Source: Octopus sinensis
Taxonomy: Eukaryota
Direction: 5' to 3'
Assembly: GCF_006345805.1 (NCBI RefSeq)
Contig: NW_021834349.1
Location: 1-49,054 of the forward strand
Length of the DNA: 49,054 bases
Shown here: piece after piece, positions 1 to 13,261 of the stretch
Position numbering within the stretch: position 1 is the first letter of the stretch
How the letters are laid out: each line of letters opens with the position of its first letter
Position numbers and translations under genes: made by a program
The notes under the pieces: model-generated
Told to the model about the DNA's origin: nothing
Databases searched by the model: none
The model's input: the letters and a program-made list of their open reading frames with translations, nothing else

Positions 1-112
1 TAAACAAGGACACAAATAGATACGGAAATTGAAATAGTTTTGGAGGTTTAATAGATATCAAGAATAAACAAAATATATAGTTTTCATTGGAATTTAAGTC
101 TAAAATATATTC

Positions 113-1175
113 TTTTCTACTCTAGGGACAGGGGCCGGAAATTTTTGGGGTGGGGCCGGATGGTTAATCGACCTCAGTACGCAACTGGTACTCAGTTTAT
201 CACCGACCCGAAAAGGTAAAACACAAAGTCGAGTTCAGCGTAATTCGAACTCAGAAAGTACAGAATAACTAAATAGCGCTAAGCATTTCGCCTGGCGCGC
301 TTACATTTCTTCTTTCTTTATTGCCCACAAGGGGCTAAACATAGAGGGGACAACAAGGACATACAAAAGTTTAAGTCGATAACATCGATCCCAGTGCGTA
401 ACTGGTACTTAATTTATCGATCCCGAAAGGATGAATGGCAAAGATGACCTGGGTGGAATTTGAACTCAAAACGTAACGGCAGACGAAATACCGCCAAGCA
501 TTTCGCCCAGCGTGCCAACGCTTCTGCCAGCTCGCCGCCTTAATTCCAAAAAATATTCTTTTCTACTCTATGCACAAGGCTCAAAATTTTGGCGGGGTGG
601 GGGCGCAGTCGATTAAATCGACTGCAGTACGCAACTGGTAATTAATTTATTGACCCCGAAAGAATGAAAGGCAATGTCGAATTCGGCGGAATTTGAACTC
701 AAAACATAAAGACAGACGAAATACCACTAAGCATTTTGCCCGGCGTACTAACGCTTCTTATTTCTTTATTGCCCACAAGGGGCTAAACATAGAGGGGACA
801 AACAAGGACAGTCAAAGGGATTAAGTCGATTACATCGACCGCCAGTGCGTAACTGGTACTTAATCTATCGACCCCGAAAGGATGAATGGCAAAGTCGAAC
901 TCGGCCGAATTTGAACTCAGAACGTAACAGTAGACGAAATACCTATTTCTTTACTACCCACAAGGGGCTAAACACAGAGAGGACAAACAAGGACAGACAA
1001 ACGGATTAAGTCGATTATATCGACCCCAGTGCGTAACTGGTACTTAAATTATCAACCCCGAAAGAATGAAAGGCAAAGTCGACCTCGGCGGAATTTGAAC
1101 TTAGAACGTAACGGCAGACGAAATACCGCCAAGCATTTCGCCCGGCGTGCTAACGTTTCTCCCAGCCCACCGCTT
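113..1175 (-). mobile_element. Cluster of five nested/tandem tRNA-derived SINE family A copies (two 3' tail types)
   Basis: Reverse complement reads ggcggcgagctggcagaaacgttagc...gagttcaaattcc (B box)...gtcgactttgcctttcatcctttcggggtcgat...; the same body recurs throughout the window. Confidence 0.9.
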
Positions 1176-1439
1176 TAGTCTAAAAATATATTGCATAAGA
1201 TATTTCTTAACAACACTTACACGCACACAGACACACATATACATACGTGCGCGAGTTCATACACACACTCGCGCACACAAATAAGCGAACTTACATATAG
1301 AAACGCAAGTCTTAAGCTTAAATGCATTCACCTCTTTTCATCACAGTCTTCGAACCCGAGCGGGGTGGATGACCAAAATAGACGCTGAATTCCCTTCGGG
1401 TTATATTGATTGCGTGTGTGTGTGTGTGGTACAAGCTTG

Positions 1440-1473
1440 TATATCTATATATCTATCTATCTGTCTGTCTATA

Positions 1474-1546
<73 letters not shown>

Positions 1547-1682
1547 ATATATGTATGTATGTATATATATATATATGTCTGTCTGTTCTCTATCTACCTA
1601 TCAATCTATCTACCAATATTTCTATCTAAATCTATCTATCTATCTATCTATCATCTATCTATCTATCTTCTATCTATCTATT

Positions 1683-1757
<75 letters not shown>

Positions 1758-1761
1758 TTAA

Positions 1762-1793
<32 letters not shown>

Positions 1794-1909
1794 TTATCTA
1801 TCTATTTATCTATCTATCTGTCTATCTATCTGTCTATCTACCAATCTTCCTTTCTTTCTTACTTTTCTTCTATCTATTTGTCTATCTGTCTGTCTATTTA
1901 TGTATCTAA

Positions 1910-1952
<43 letters not shown>

Positions 1953-1955
1953 CAT
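1440..1955. repeat. (TA)n / (ATCT)n / (CT)n compound microsatellite
   Basis: Directly visible; source of the YI/LSIY ORFs. Confidence 0.95.
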
Positions 1956-2189
1956 ATCAATATGAATTCAATTAGAGGTTAAATTAGCCTTATTAAAGGA
2001 TGGTATCACCCAATGAATTACTGGTTTAATACATAATATTTGTTGTGAATAATAATATTCATAAAACAATAGGTTTATATATAAATCATGGTTTATAATC
2101 ATTCAAAAGAAAGGAAGAAAATGGATATATAACATGTAATAAAAAATTTATTATCTGCAAAAACCATATATTAATATGTGTAAATATTA

Positions 2190-2205
2190 ATATATATATA
2201 CACAT

Positions 2206-2242
<37 letters not shown>

Positions 2243-2398
2243 TATATATATGTGCGTGTGTTGTGTCTCTAGGGAGCCATTATGCTACTAATAATTATTC
2301 TCCTAGACACAACATGATTTCACATCATGAATCTTGCAAACCAATACAAAAGCAATAAATCCAATAAATACAATATATATATATATATATATCCACAG

Positions 2399-2431
<33 letters not shown>

Positions 2432-2556
2432 ATATATATATCTATATATATATACAGACACAGACACAGACACATTTGTATAGATTTCTATACTTTATAT
2501 AATGTTTGAATATATATGTGTGTGTGTATATATATTATCTGTCTAGAATACCTTAC

Positions 2557-2589
<33 letters not shown>

Positions 2590-2600
2590 ATATATTATAT

Positions 2601-2637
<37 letters not shown>

Positions 2638-2938
2638 TGTGTGTGTGTGGTGTGTGTGTGTGTGGTGTGTGTATGTATATGTATATGTATATGTATGTAT
2701 GTATATTGTAAATATATGTATCTTCTAAATTAGAAAAAAAAACAACTTTCCCAGTAATTGGAATAATATTCCGCAATATTATTATTAATACACTATTTAT
2801 TATTACATATGTATATATAACACATATATATGCTTATATATGTATATATATTTACATATAATTATGTATGCATTACACATCTATATAATATATATATGTC
2901 TGATCGATAGAGAGATTTACAATAACATACATACATAC

Positions 2939-3019
<81 letters not shown>

Positions 3020-3030
3020 TATATATATAT
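2190..3030. repeat. (TA)n/(CA)n/(TG)n microsatellite patches
   Basis: Directly visible. Confidence 0.9.
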
Positions 3031-3199
3031 ATTCGGATGCTGTTGTACACCGCAGTTACAATCGTTAGCTCACAGCATTGTAGCTTTTTATAATGCCAAC
3101 TCGCTGTTTGGCGATCAGGCAAACATTCTCACTGAATGGAACACCGGTCTGCTGCAAGAGTTACATCTTGACAGGTGAGTGGACTGAAGTGACGGGAAA

Positions 3200-3312
3200 G
3201 GGCTTCAATCATCAAGAAAGAAACACAACTGACCGCCGATCTGAGGATCGAAACCACGATCTTGAGACCGCAAGTACAACACCCTTACCAGTGGGCTACG
3301 CATCTTCACAAA
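3200..3312 (-). mobile_element. Degenerate tRNA-derived SINE head
   Basis: Minus strand tagcccactggtaagg (A-box-like) and gtggtttcgatcc (B-box-like), similar to the family B head. Confidence 0.5.
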
Positions 3313-3314
3313 CA

Positions 3315-3715
<401 letters not shown>

Positions 3716-3859
3716 CCGTGTGTCTATGAATTACGTCATCATTTAATGTTCCACAGACTTCTCAACCCAAACTATTCGCTCAGTTTCAGATAAACCCGCC
3801 ATTGTCTTCACACGCCATTTCTCAGTTCTGGTGTAGATAAGAACCATTGCTGTCCTTGG

Positions 3860-4080
3860 TGCTGCTGTTGTTGTTGTTGTTGTTGTTGTTGTTATTGTTG
3901 CTGTCTGTTTTTGTTGTTGATTAGGATGATGATGATGATGACGATACACATGATGTTTTTGCTGTTGTTGTTATTGTTGTTGCTGCTGTAGTTGTTGTTG
4001 CAGCTGCTTTAGTTCTTGTCGTTAGCGATTGTTCCTGTCTTTGGTGTGTTATTTGTGATTGTGTTGTTGTTGATAATGAA

Positions 4081-4139
<59 letters not shown>

Positions 4140-4140
4140 G
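3860..4140. repeat. (GTT)n/(GAT)n trinucleotide microsatellites
   Basis: Directly visible. Confidence 0.9.
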
Positions 4141-4372
4141 GATATCGTTGGTCTTCTTGTACATGCTGGTATTGTTTAGCCCAGGTCAATCTCAGTCCAG
4201 TGTTTTTTATATCAGTTTCGATCTAGATCATTGTGTCCTTCTTTGTTAAAGAAGCTAGAGCGGGCCTATGTCTGCTATTTCTAGCAGGTGATAACCACTT
4301 AAAAGTTACTTCACTCTTCATCTTCACAGATTCCCTTTGCTTTGTGTGTTTGTGTGTGTGTGTGTGTCTGTG

Positions 4373-4458
<86 letters not shown>

Positions 4459-4499
4459 TATATATATATAATATATAATGTATGTATGTAAGCATGCAT

Positions 4500-4590
4500 G
4501 AAAGGCAAAGTCGACCGTGGCGGAATTTGAACTCAGAACGTATACAGACGAAATACCGCTAGAATTTTGTCCCCAGTTTCGCCGCCTTTA
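4500..4590 (-). mobile_element. SINE family A fragment
   Basis: gaaaggcaaagtcgaccgtggcggaatttgaactcagaacg matches the family A body. Confidence 0.75.
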
Positions 4591-4699
4591 ACATCTTAAA
4601 TGTAAACGAAAATATACATATTCTCATATTTGTTTGGGTAAGTGTATTTTTTTTCTACATTTTCTATTTGTTCGGTTTGCATCAACATACCTGTGTGTT

Positions 4700-4889
<190 letters not shown>

Positions 4890-4890
4890 A

Positions 4891-5210
4891 GGGCGCGTGG
4901 CTTAGTGGTTAGGGCATTCGGCTCATGATCGTAAGGTTGTGAGTTCGATTCCCGGCGACGCGTTGTGTCCTTGAGCAAGACACTTTATTTCACGTTGCTC
5001 CAGTCCACTCAGCTGGCAAAAATGAGTTGTACTTGTATTTCAAAGGCTCAGGCTTGTCACTCTCTGTGTCACGCTGATTATCCCCGAGAACTACGTTAAG
5101 GGTACACGTGTCTATGGAATGCTCACCCATTTGCACGTTAATTTCACGAGCAAGCTGTTCCGTTGATCGTATCAGCTGGGACCCTCGTCGTCGTAACCGG
5201 CGGAGTCTTT
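4891..5210 (+). mobile_element. tRNA-derived CORE-type SINE (family C head) carrying the family B 3' tail
   Basis: A box tggcttagtggttag, B box gttcgattcc, CORE-like gtgtccttgagcaagacactt; the 3' ~190 bp match family B. Confidence 0.85.
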
Positions 5211-5414
5211 GAATATATATATATAAAAGCAATAATATATCTCTGACCGAAGTATAAACAGTAGCTGCACGACATCGTGAAGCATATTTGCCACTTAAAT
5301 GTGGCTAACCCTTAAAGGTGGAGGCTACTATAGCTTGTAGCCCCAGGGGGACACCTCCTCCAGCTGACTATTGACAGACTTTCTGTGCCCTACCAGTATT
5401 TGCAAAAGGAAACC

Positions 5415-5650
5415 TATTTCTTTACTACCCACAAGGGGTTAAACACAGAGAGGACAAACAAGGACAGGCAAACGGATTAAGGCGATTATATCGACCCCAG
5501 TGCGTAACTGGTACTTAATTTATCGACCCCGAAAGGATGAAAGGCAAAGTCGACCTCGGCGGAATTTGAACTGAGAACGTAACGGCAGACGAAATACAGC
5601 TACGCATTTCGCCCGGCGTGCTAACGTTTCTGCCAGCTCGCCGCCTTTTT
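5415..5650 (-). mobile_element. Full-length SINE family A with 17-bp TSD
   Basis: TSD atttgcaaaaggaaacc at 5398-5414 and 5651-5667. Confidence 0.92.
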
Positions 5651-5697
5651 ATTTGCAAAAGGAAACCATCCTTCCTTATCTCCAACCTGATGTGATA

Positions 5698-5742
5698 CAC
5701 ACGGACCCGAGTTTCTGAGTATTGACACGTCATCAGCGTGTG
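5698..5742 (-). ncRNA. Degenerate minimal type I hammerhead ribozyme motif (family H3)
   Basis: Minus: cacacg-CTGATGA-cgtgtcaatactca-GAAA-ctcgg-GTC-cgtgtg. The 6-bp stem I is perfect and a GUC site is present; stem II is imperfect. Confidence 0.55.
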
Positions 5743-5785
5743 ACAATCACTGGTTGTCGATGTGAAGTGGTTCCCAATGCAAATA

Positions 5786-5840
<55 letters not shown>

Positions 5841-5843
<3 letters not shown>

Positions 5844-6210
5844 TAGTTTTATTTTTATAGCGTGCTTTCACTTCACTACCGAGCGCAGCTCTGTGTGCCT
5901 TGGGTATGTGCTGTGATTTGTTGTGATGCTCTGATGGTTATTGTATGGAAAGTGTTCTGCGTAGGATGTGTGCAGTGCCTAGTAGTGCAATTTTCTGTAT
6001 GTTATATGTGTTTGTAAGTCCTGGTGTTTTTGTTATGTATTTGTCTGAATATTTTTTTATCATGCCTATGATAGGATTGTTTTCTCTGTTTTCAGATTCC
6101 ACATTCTGGTTACCTCTATTTCCAGGTCTTTGTATTTTCAGAGTTTCTTCTCCATTTCTTTTGGAGACACGTTGGTCATCAGCCGATATTGATACATCAA
6201 TTAGAAAGCA
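5841..6210 (-). mobile_element. 5'-truncated Dong/R4-like non-LTR retrotransposon 3' end (restriction-like endonuclease C-terminus + 3' UTR)
   Basis: Minus translation (frameshifted) CFLIDVSI...KYKDLEIEVTRMWNLKTE...IQKIALLGTAHILRRTLS; (TAA)n on both sides. Confidence 0.8.
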
Positions 6211-6297
6211 TTTATTATTATTATTATTTTATTATTTTATTATTATTATATATTATTATTATTATTATTATCATTATTACTACTACTACTACTACTA

Positions 6298-6332
<35 letters not shown>

Positions 6333-6369
6333 TCATCATCATCATCGTCATCATTATTATTATTATTAT

Positions 6370-6771
6370 ATGTTTGACTTCTGCTTTGTATTTGTACGAG
6401 TTGACTCCAAGTCTTACCCAGAGACCTCAAGAAACAACTTATTAGAGGTTCATGTTAGTGTTCTGGATTGGGTACCATATATTTGGTTTTGCACAAAGTA
6501 TTGTTCTGGAGAATCTTTAAGAAAACATAAAAAGCATAAGTTTGTTTTAAAATTTGGGATTACATAAAGAGTATTTTATGCAGGATATGGGCAGTTCCCA
6601 TGAGCACTATTTAAAAAAATTTCTGCCATTTTGGGATTTCCTGGTATTTGAGTTAGGTAGCATTCAGTCCCTTTTGCTATCATTCCCAGGGCACCTATGT
6701 CAACAGGTATTGTTTTAGTCTTCAGATACCATATTTTTGCCAATTTCCATTTCAAGATTTATATCACTCAG

Positions 6772-6775
<4 letters not shown>
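6370..6775 (-). mobile_element. Second Dong/R4-like subfamily 3' end
   Basis: Minus translation ...WYLKTKTIPVDIGALGMIAKG...VLMGTAHILHKIL*; flanked by (TAA)n. Confidence 0.75.
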
Positions 6776-6843
<68 letters not shown>

Positions 6844-6875
6844 CATTATTATTATTATCATTATTATTATTATTA

Positions 6876-6915
<40 letters not shown>

Positions 6916-6918
6916 TTA

Positions 6919-6949
<31 letters not shown>

Positions 6950-7082
6950 CATTATTATTATTATTATTATTATCATTATTATTATTATTATCATTATTAT
7001 TATTATTATTATTATTATCATTATTATTATCATTATTAATATTATCATTATTATTATATCATTATTATTATTATTATTATTA

Positions 7083-7113
<31 letters not shown>

Positions 7114-7220
7114 CATTATTATTATTATTATTATTATTATCATTATTATTATTATTATCATTATTATTATATTATTATTATTATCATTATTATTATCATT
7201 ATTATTATTTCATTATTATT

Positions 7221-7251
<31 letters not shown>

Positions 7252-7272
7252 TATTATTATTATTATTTATTA

Positions 7273-7303
<31 letters not shown>

Positions 7304-7317
7304 CATTATTATTATTA

Positions 7318-7380
<63 letters not shown>
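6775..7380. repeat. Long (TAT)n/(TATCAT)n microsatellite
   Basis: Directly visible. Confidence 0.97.
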
Positions 7381-7545
7381 TATGTTTTGTTGACTTTTGC
7401 TTTACTTTGCAACAAGCTGGCTCGAAGTTTCACCCAGAGACCTCAAGAGGCAGCAAGTTGGAAGTTTATGTTGGTGTTATGCCTAGGGTGCCATATATTT
7501 GGCTTTGTACATAGTGTTGTACTAGTGAATGCCTAAAAAAACCAT
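7380..7545 (-). mobile_element. 3' UTR fragment related to the 6370-6775 element
   Basis: Shares cccagagacctcaaga and ggttcatgtt/ggtaccatatatttgg-like segments; abuts (TAA)n. Confidence 0.55.
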
Positions 7546-7595
7546 ACGCATCATCATCGTCATCATTTTTATTATTCAATAATCTTTATTCAGAA

Positions 7596-7977
7596 TGGAG
7601 GCGCTATGGCCCAGTGGTTAGGGCGGCGGACTCGCGGTCGTAGGATCGTGGTTTCGATTCCCAGACCGGGCGTTGTGAGTGTTTATTGAGCGAAAACACC
7701 TAAAGCTCCACGAGGCTCCAGTAGGGATGGTGGTGATCCCTGCTGTACTCTTTCATCACAACTTTATCTCACTCTTAGTTCCTGTTTCTGTTGTACCTGT
7801 ATTTCAAAGGGCCGGCCTTGTCACTCTCTTTGTCACGCTGAATATCCCCGAGAACTACGTTAAGGGTACACGTGTCTGTGGAGTTCTCAGCCACTTACAC
7901 GTTAATTTCACGAGCAGACTGTTCCGTTGATCGGATCAACCGGAACCCTCGTCGTCGTAACCGACGGAGTGCTTCCA
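7596..7977 (+). mobile_element. tRNA-derived SINE family B, full length
   Basis: tggcccagtggttag A box, gtttcgattcc B box; near-identical copies at 19000, 33211 and 43388. Confidence 0.9.
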
Positions 7978-8479
7978 AATAATTCAGAGTATTTCACTGT
8001 GGAGTATTTCGTCAGGAGAAAAACATTCTGTGTGGGATTGCAAATAGTTAACAAAGATCTACTTGCATCATAAAGTTACTTGCAATTGAAAAACAGCCTA
8101 ACCTTTGAAAAGAGGTCAAGCAAAGCCAGTTATTGTTTTGCGGATGTCAACGCCCTTAGGTTATTGTATATTGTGCAACAGTTGTTTTTTTTATTCATAC
8201 AGTTGACTGCAACAGCAGGTGCAGTAACAACTTTAGCTGCGTAGTTGCATACAATAAACTGGTTTCATGACTTTGTTGTTGTGCTTTTTTCCCTTAATTA
8301 TATGCGTCAGTGCACCCACGCCTTACTTTCTGATTAATTTGTAAGTCATGCTCTTTTAGCTGTGCAGTTGTTTGTATCTTCAAATTCAACCCCCCTAACT
8401 TTTTTCTTCTGCCTATCGACCCCCTTAGATTCCTATTTTATTTGGGTGGACCCTCGTAGCTATTCGGTGTTTAATAAAA

Positions 8480-9125
8480 CCTTTTTCTTTGTTAAGAAAT
8501 TGCCTTATTTGTGGGGGAGTAGTCGATTAGATCGACCCAAGTACGCAACTGGTACTTAATTTATCGGCCTCGTAAGAATGAAAGGCAAAGTCGACCTCGG
8601 CGGAATTTGTACTCAGAACGTAGCGGCAGACGAAATACTGCAAAGCATTTCGTCCGGCGTGCTAACGTTTCTGCCAGCTCGCAGCCTTTGTGAAAACAAA
8701 TAATACAGACAAAAAGGCTGCGAGCTGGCAGAAACGTTAGCACGCCGGACGAAATGCTTTGCAGTATTTCGTCTGCCGCTACGTTCTGAGTACAAATTCC
8801 GCCGAGGTCGACTTTGCCTTTCATCCTTTCGGGGTCGATTAAATAAGTACCAGTTACGCGCTGGGGTCGATGTAATCGACTTAATCCATTTGTCTGTCCT
8901 TGTTTATCCTCTCTGTGTTTAGCCCCTTGTGGGAAGTAAAGAAATAGGTATTTCGCCTGTCTTTACGTTCTGAATTCAAATTCCACCGAGGTTGACTTTA
9001 CCTTTTATTCTTTCAGGGCCGATAAATTAAGTACCAGTTGTGTACTGCGATTGATCTAATCAACTGCCACTCCCTCAAAAAAAAAAAAAAAAAAAAAAAT
9101 TCGAGCTTTGTGCCTAGAATAGAAA
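8480..9125. mobile_element. Head-to-head SINE family A pair plus a nested downstream copy
   Basis: Minus copy ~8480-8686, plus copy 8716-8947, headless copy 8948-9125. Confidence 0.9.
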
Positions 9126-9514
9126 AGATTTGTTTTGACAGGTAGTGAGCGTGAGTGTGTATTTTATTGTTTATGTTGCGCAAATTTATTTTCAGTTATA
9201 AAATTTTGATTTGCCGCACTTGCAAGTAAACTACTATTCAAAACTATAATACCACATGTCTTTTTAAGTTGTTTAGAAGTTTGCCTCTACTTAAGGGGAC
9301 CAATCGACACAATATATTGTAAATGGGTATTTCGTGAACAGTTTGAAGTGTAAAACTTGCACCTTTATTATCACAACTGATTTTTCCAGGTTTTCCCGAA
9401 CACACCAACACTTCAAAACTATAAAGCCACTAATACATTTCCATTTCTTTCCAGATTGGCTCGGAAAATATTCGACTCAGTCGTATTCTCTGTAATCCAG
9501 ATTAGATTTCCAGT

Positions 9515-10483
9515 ATGTCTAAAGCTACGAAGTTTTCCGAAATTGAAAAAGGTAAGATTCTTGCCCTGAAAGAGTAAGGAACGAGTAACTGGAAGATTGC
9601 CGACAAGATTCGGTGAAGCAGAACGCCAGTGGAGAATTTTCTGAAAGATCCTGACGGCTACAACAGGGTTCATGCTGGTGGACAGCCCGAGGTTACATCA
9701 GAATGGGATGAAACGGCCATTGTAAGAGCTGTACAAATGTCACATTGCTCTTCTGTTTCCAAAATGAAGGCATCATCAGGATTAGGAGCCTCGATTTCCA
9801 CCGTAAGAAGACTAATTTTGAACCATGGTTTCCACCTAAGAAGTGGCTAGGACGTCCGTTATTGTCCCCTTCCCATAAACCTGTTAGATTGGAGTTTGCT
9901 CGGTGGTATCAGACGTGGGATGATGAGGGGACCTGAGTTCTGTTCTCTGATGAGAAAAAATGGAATTTGGATGGCCCTCGACGGTTATAAGTATTACTGA
10001 GCAAATAAATGTATACAAAATTCTACTTATTCCAAGTGGCAGAACAGCAGAGATCTTATGTAGTTGAGAGCAATATCTATCAATGGGAAGCTGCTACTTC
10101 TCATCATGAATATCCGTTTCAATGCTATACAATACATCGATATGTTGGACGGGCTCACATTGATGAAGAAGGAAGAAGGATCCATGGCGAGAACGTCATA
10201 TTTCGGGACAGTGCTCCTATCCGGAAAGCAAAGGCAACTTTAGATTTCTTCCATGCAATTGGGGTTGAAGTCCCAACTTAATCCTATGGAGACTACCTGG
10301 GGATATCACACGAATGCTGTGTACAACAAAGGCAAGCAGTATTCATCTGTTGAACTTGAAATGGCAATGAAGAAGGCATGTGAAAAGCTTCTACTTGATC
10401 TACTACAGAAGCTGATTGGGAGCATGGAATCGCGTGTCTTTGAAGTAATTCAGAAAGGTGGTGGTCAAGCAATTTATTGTTGA
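9515..10483 (+). pseudogene. Tc1/Tc3-like DNA transposase relic
   Basis: MSKATKFSEIEKGKILALKE*...KIADKI (HTH), VLFSDEKKWNLDGP, LNPMETTWG, QKLIGSMESRVFEVIQKGG; stops and frameshifts; TIRs not recognised. Confidence 0.85.
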
Positions 10484-10608
10484 TGTATGGCATTGAAGAT
10501 TCATTGAAATATATCTAAATTTCCCTCTTTTGCATCATTTTTGCAATATTATTCAAGTTTTGAACAAGGAGTTCCTGGCTCTTTATGCTGTTTTTTTTAT
10601 ATAACTAT

Positions 10609-11012
10609 TACTCTTTACTCTTTTACTTGTTTCAGTCATTTGACTGTGGCCATGCTGGAGCACCGCCTTTAGTCGAACAAATCGACCCCAGAACTTATTC
10701 TTTGTAAGCCTTGTACTTATTCTATCGGTCTCTTTAGCCGAACCGCTAAGTGACGGAGACATAAACACACCAGCATCGGTTGTCAAGCAATGCTAGGGGG
10801 ACAAACACAGACACACAAACATACACACACACATATATATACATATATACGACGGGCTGCTTTCAGTTTCTGTCTACCAAATCCACTCACTAGGCTTTGG
10901 TTGGCCCGAGGCTATAGTAGAAGACACTTGCCCAAGATGCCACGCAGTGGGACTGAACCCAGAACCATGTGGTTCGTAAGCAAGCTACTTACCACACAGC
11001 CACTCCTACGCC
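10609..11012 (-). mobile_element. tRNA-derived CORE-type SINE family D (internal TA/CA microsatellite, aagagta tail)
   Basis: tggctgtgtggtaag A box, ggttcagtccc B box, cttgggcaagtgtctt CORE-like motif. Confidence 0.9.
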
Positions 11013-12224
11013 ACTCCTATTATCTCATTTATTTTTGGATTTCAATAAATTTGAATATTGCAATGCCTTCTATTCCATTTCCCATGTAGAGGTGAGTTTC
11101 ATGAATTTGAGTAGTATAGTTCACCAGAAAAAAAAACAGACAGTGCTCAGTCTTTATGTTTATGAAGAGCAGTTTATATTAATTTCAGAGTGTTTTCTGT
11201 CAGCTTTCTGTGTATTCAAAAGTTGATACACAGTTCTTTCCTAAAGAGAGATAATCGGTGCCACTTCCCTTCTTGTTAAAAGCTTTTTCATCTCCCCCAG
11301 TAGAGGAAACTATATTGAATATTCCTGGAAACCCAATAAATATAAAAGAAGAAAAAAAACATTCCTCATAAAAATGATGCTTAAAACATCTTTTTCTTCC
11401 CTGTATGCCAGAGCTATACAAGTTCTTATTTTTATCGATGCCCGAAAGGACGATAGGCGAAGTCGACACCTCGGCAGAAAAATCCAGGTAATTAACAGGT
11501 ACAAGTCAACACCAACAATATTTCATTTAAGAAACTGTAGGGACTAAATATAGGAATATTTACCGCTTCGGGCGGCAACAAGGGAACCATTTTCTTCAAA
11601 CGAGAAAGCCTTCTTCTGCACCAACGAGATAGCAGTCCCCATCAGACGACGTGGGTGGAGGTTTACTTTGAAGACAGAGATGTGGAAATCTTTTCGCTTC
11701 AGGCATCGAAGTACGGTATCTTTATTCTACTGACAACTAACTAGAGGGCTCGTCAGACGGTGAAGGAGAGACCATGACTCGATTCATTCTACCTGACAGG
11801 AAAGAGCAACAAAATTTCTACTAAACAACACCTCACATTTATATAACAAAGGCACAACTCAATAACACAGTCGTAAATGCAACATGGTTCTATAAAAGAC
11901 AGGGCATTCACCTTTCATCAATACATCTGTTCGACCTGCTCTGACCCTGGCAATGTAGCATGAAGCGTAAACATTCTCATGTTGCACACAAACACCCTCT
12001 CAATGCAATTAAGTTGGGTTTTTTTTATTTGTAAAAATATTCACTGAGTAACGATGCAACAAGTTTAATAATGACAAAAGAACGATTGAATAGCGTTGAA
12101 AGCTGGTTGATCCTGCCAGTAGTCATATACTTGCAAGTGTAAGTTCATGTTGTAACAACAACAGCAACAATAGAAACAACACCCACACACACACACCACA
12201 CACACACACCACACACACATATAT

Positions 12225-12283
<59 letters not shown>

Positions 12284-12286
<3 letters not shown>

Positions 12287-12761
12287 GGTGTTCAAAAAGT
12301 CTCTCTGCAGAGAGTATCAGGCGGGGGCTCGCATGGCTTCTGATCTTAACTGATTGGAAGTGTAATCATGTACATTGTTTTGTCTTGGTATAACAGATTG
12401 GCTACAGCAAATATTCTGCTCAATATTACAGATTTGCTTGTCAGTTGTTTGACCTTAACCACTTGACCATGTCCCTTGGTGGCTGACGATATGTGCATCT
12501 CTGATCACGAGCAGAAGTAGTGGGGGAGAATCATACCCATGTGTTGAGAGGGATTCTTTGGGGTTTGGATAATTCACCGCTGGAAATATGGGTGTTTCGT
12601 TCAACATCCTTAAACAACCCATATAGTTTTCGGGCAATTCTTGTACACTGATCCTTTACGTGTTCCCAAGACAAAAATGTCTGGCGGTGTTAAATCAGTT
12701 GATCTTGGTGGCTAAAGTCCCTTGTAAATAATCCGTTGAAGCAGACATTTTGACCACCCTG
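12284..12761. mobile_element. Tc1/mariner-type MITE with an inserted family E fragment
   Basis: TIRs cagggtgttcaaaaagtct (12284) and agacattttgaccaccctg (ends 12761), followed by TA. Confidence 0.7.
12310..12630 (+). mobile_element. Family E non-coding interspersed repeat (partial)
   Basis: Matches 13515-13965 and 14797-14987. Confidence 0.8.
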
Positions 12762-13261
12762 TATAAACACACATACACACAGCCACACACACATACACCA
12801 ATCGAAATTTAATTGCTATATCACAGTTGAATTATACTGCACTTGATGTGCACACATACCTCACATACTGCGCTCGCTTTGTGTTGTCACATGTTTGAGT
12901 CACACCTTCAACTCCGGACAAAGACCCGATTGCATAAAAACGTTTCTATTTGCTCTTTAATGCCCTATACCTTTATATGCAAGAAACGTAACGGACATTG
13001 ACACATTAAATGTTTTTATATCTGACCTCATTCAAAGAGCTCTCCAAATATTTGCTTATAATGTTTTGCAGGTTCTTTTTTTTATGTTGCTGCAGTTGTT
13101 TCCTTTTTCGTTTTCGATGATGGAAGCGACGTGTTTACTACATTTTGTCCTCGAGTGTTGAAATCTGATACTCGGTTACTCTTTCGACAAGGGTTGGTCC
13201 ACAGCTACTAGAAGTACTAATGCTGCTGCTGCTGTTACAATGGCTGTTGCTACTACCGACC

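Noticed and set aside
2261-2312. Short imperfect hairpin tgtgtctctagggag...ctcctagacaca
   Set aside because: Single occurrence, short, within chance for this composition.
7596-7680. tRNA-like sequences with A and B boxes (also 4891, 19000, 33211, 33837)
   Set aside because: They are SINE heads continuing into repeated bodies with TSDs and lack complete acceptor stems.
9945-9975. CTGATGA followed by GAAA
   Set aside because: Encodes the SDEKK motif of the Tc3-like transposase; no hammerhead stems.
11680-11765. Minus-strand CTGACGA...GAAA
   Set aside because: No stem I complementarity after the putative cut site.
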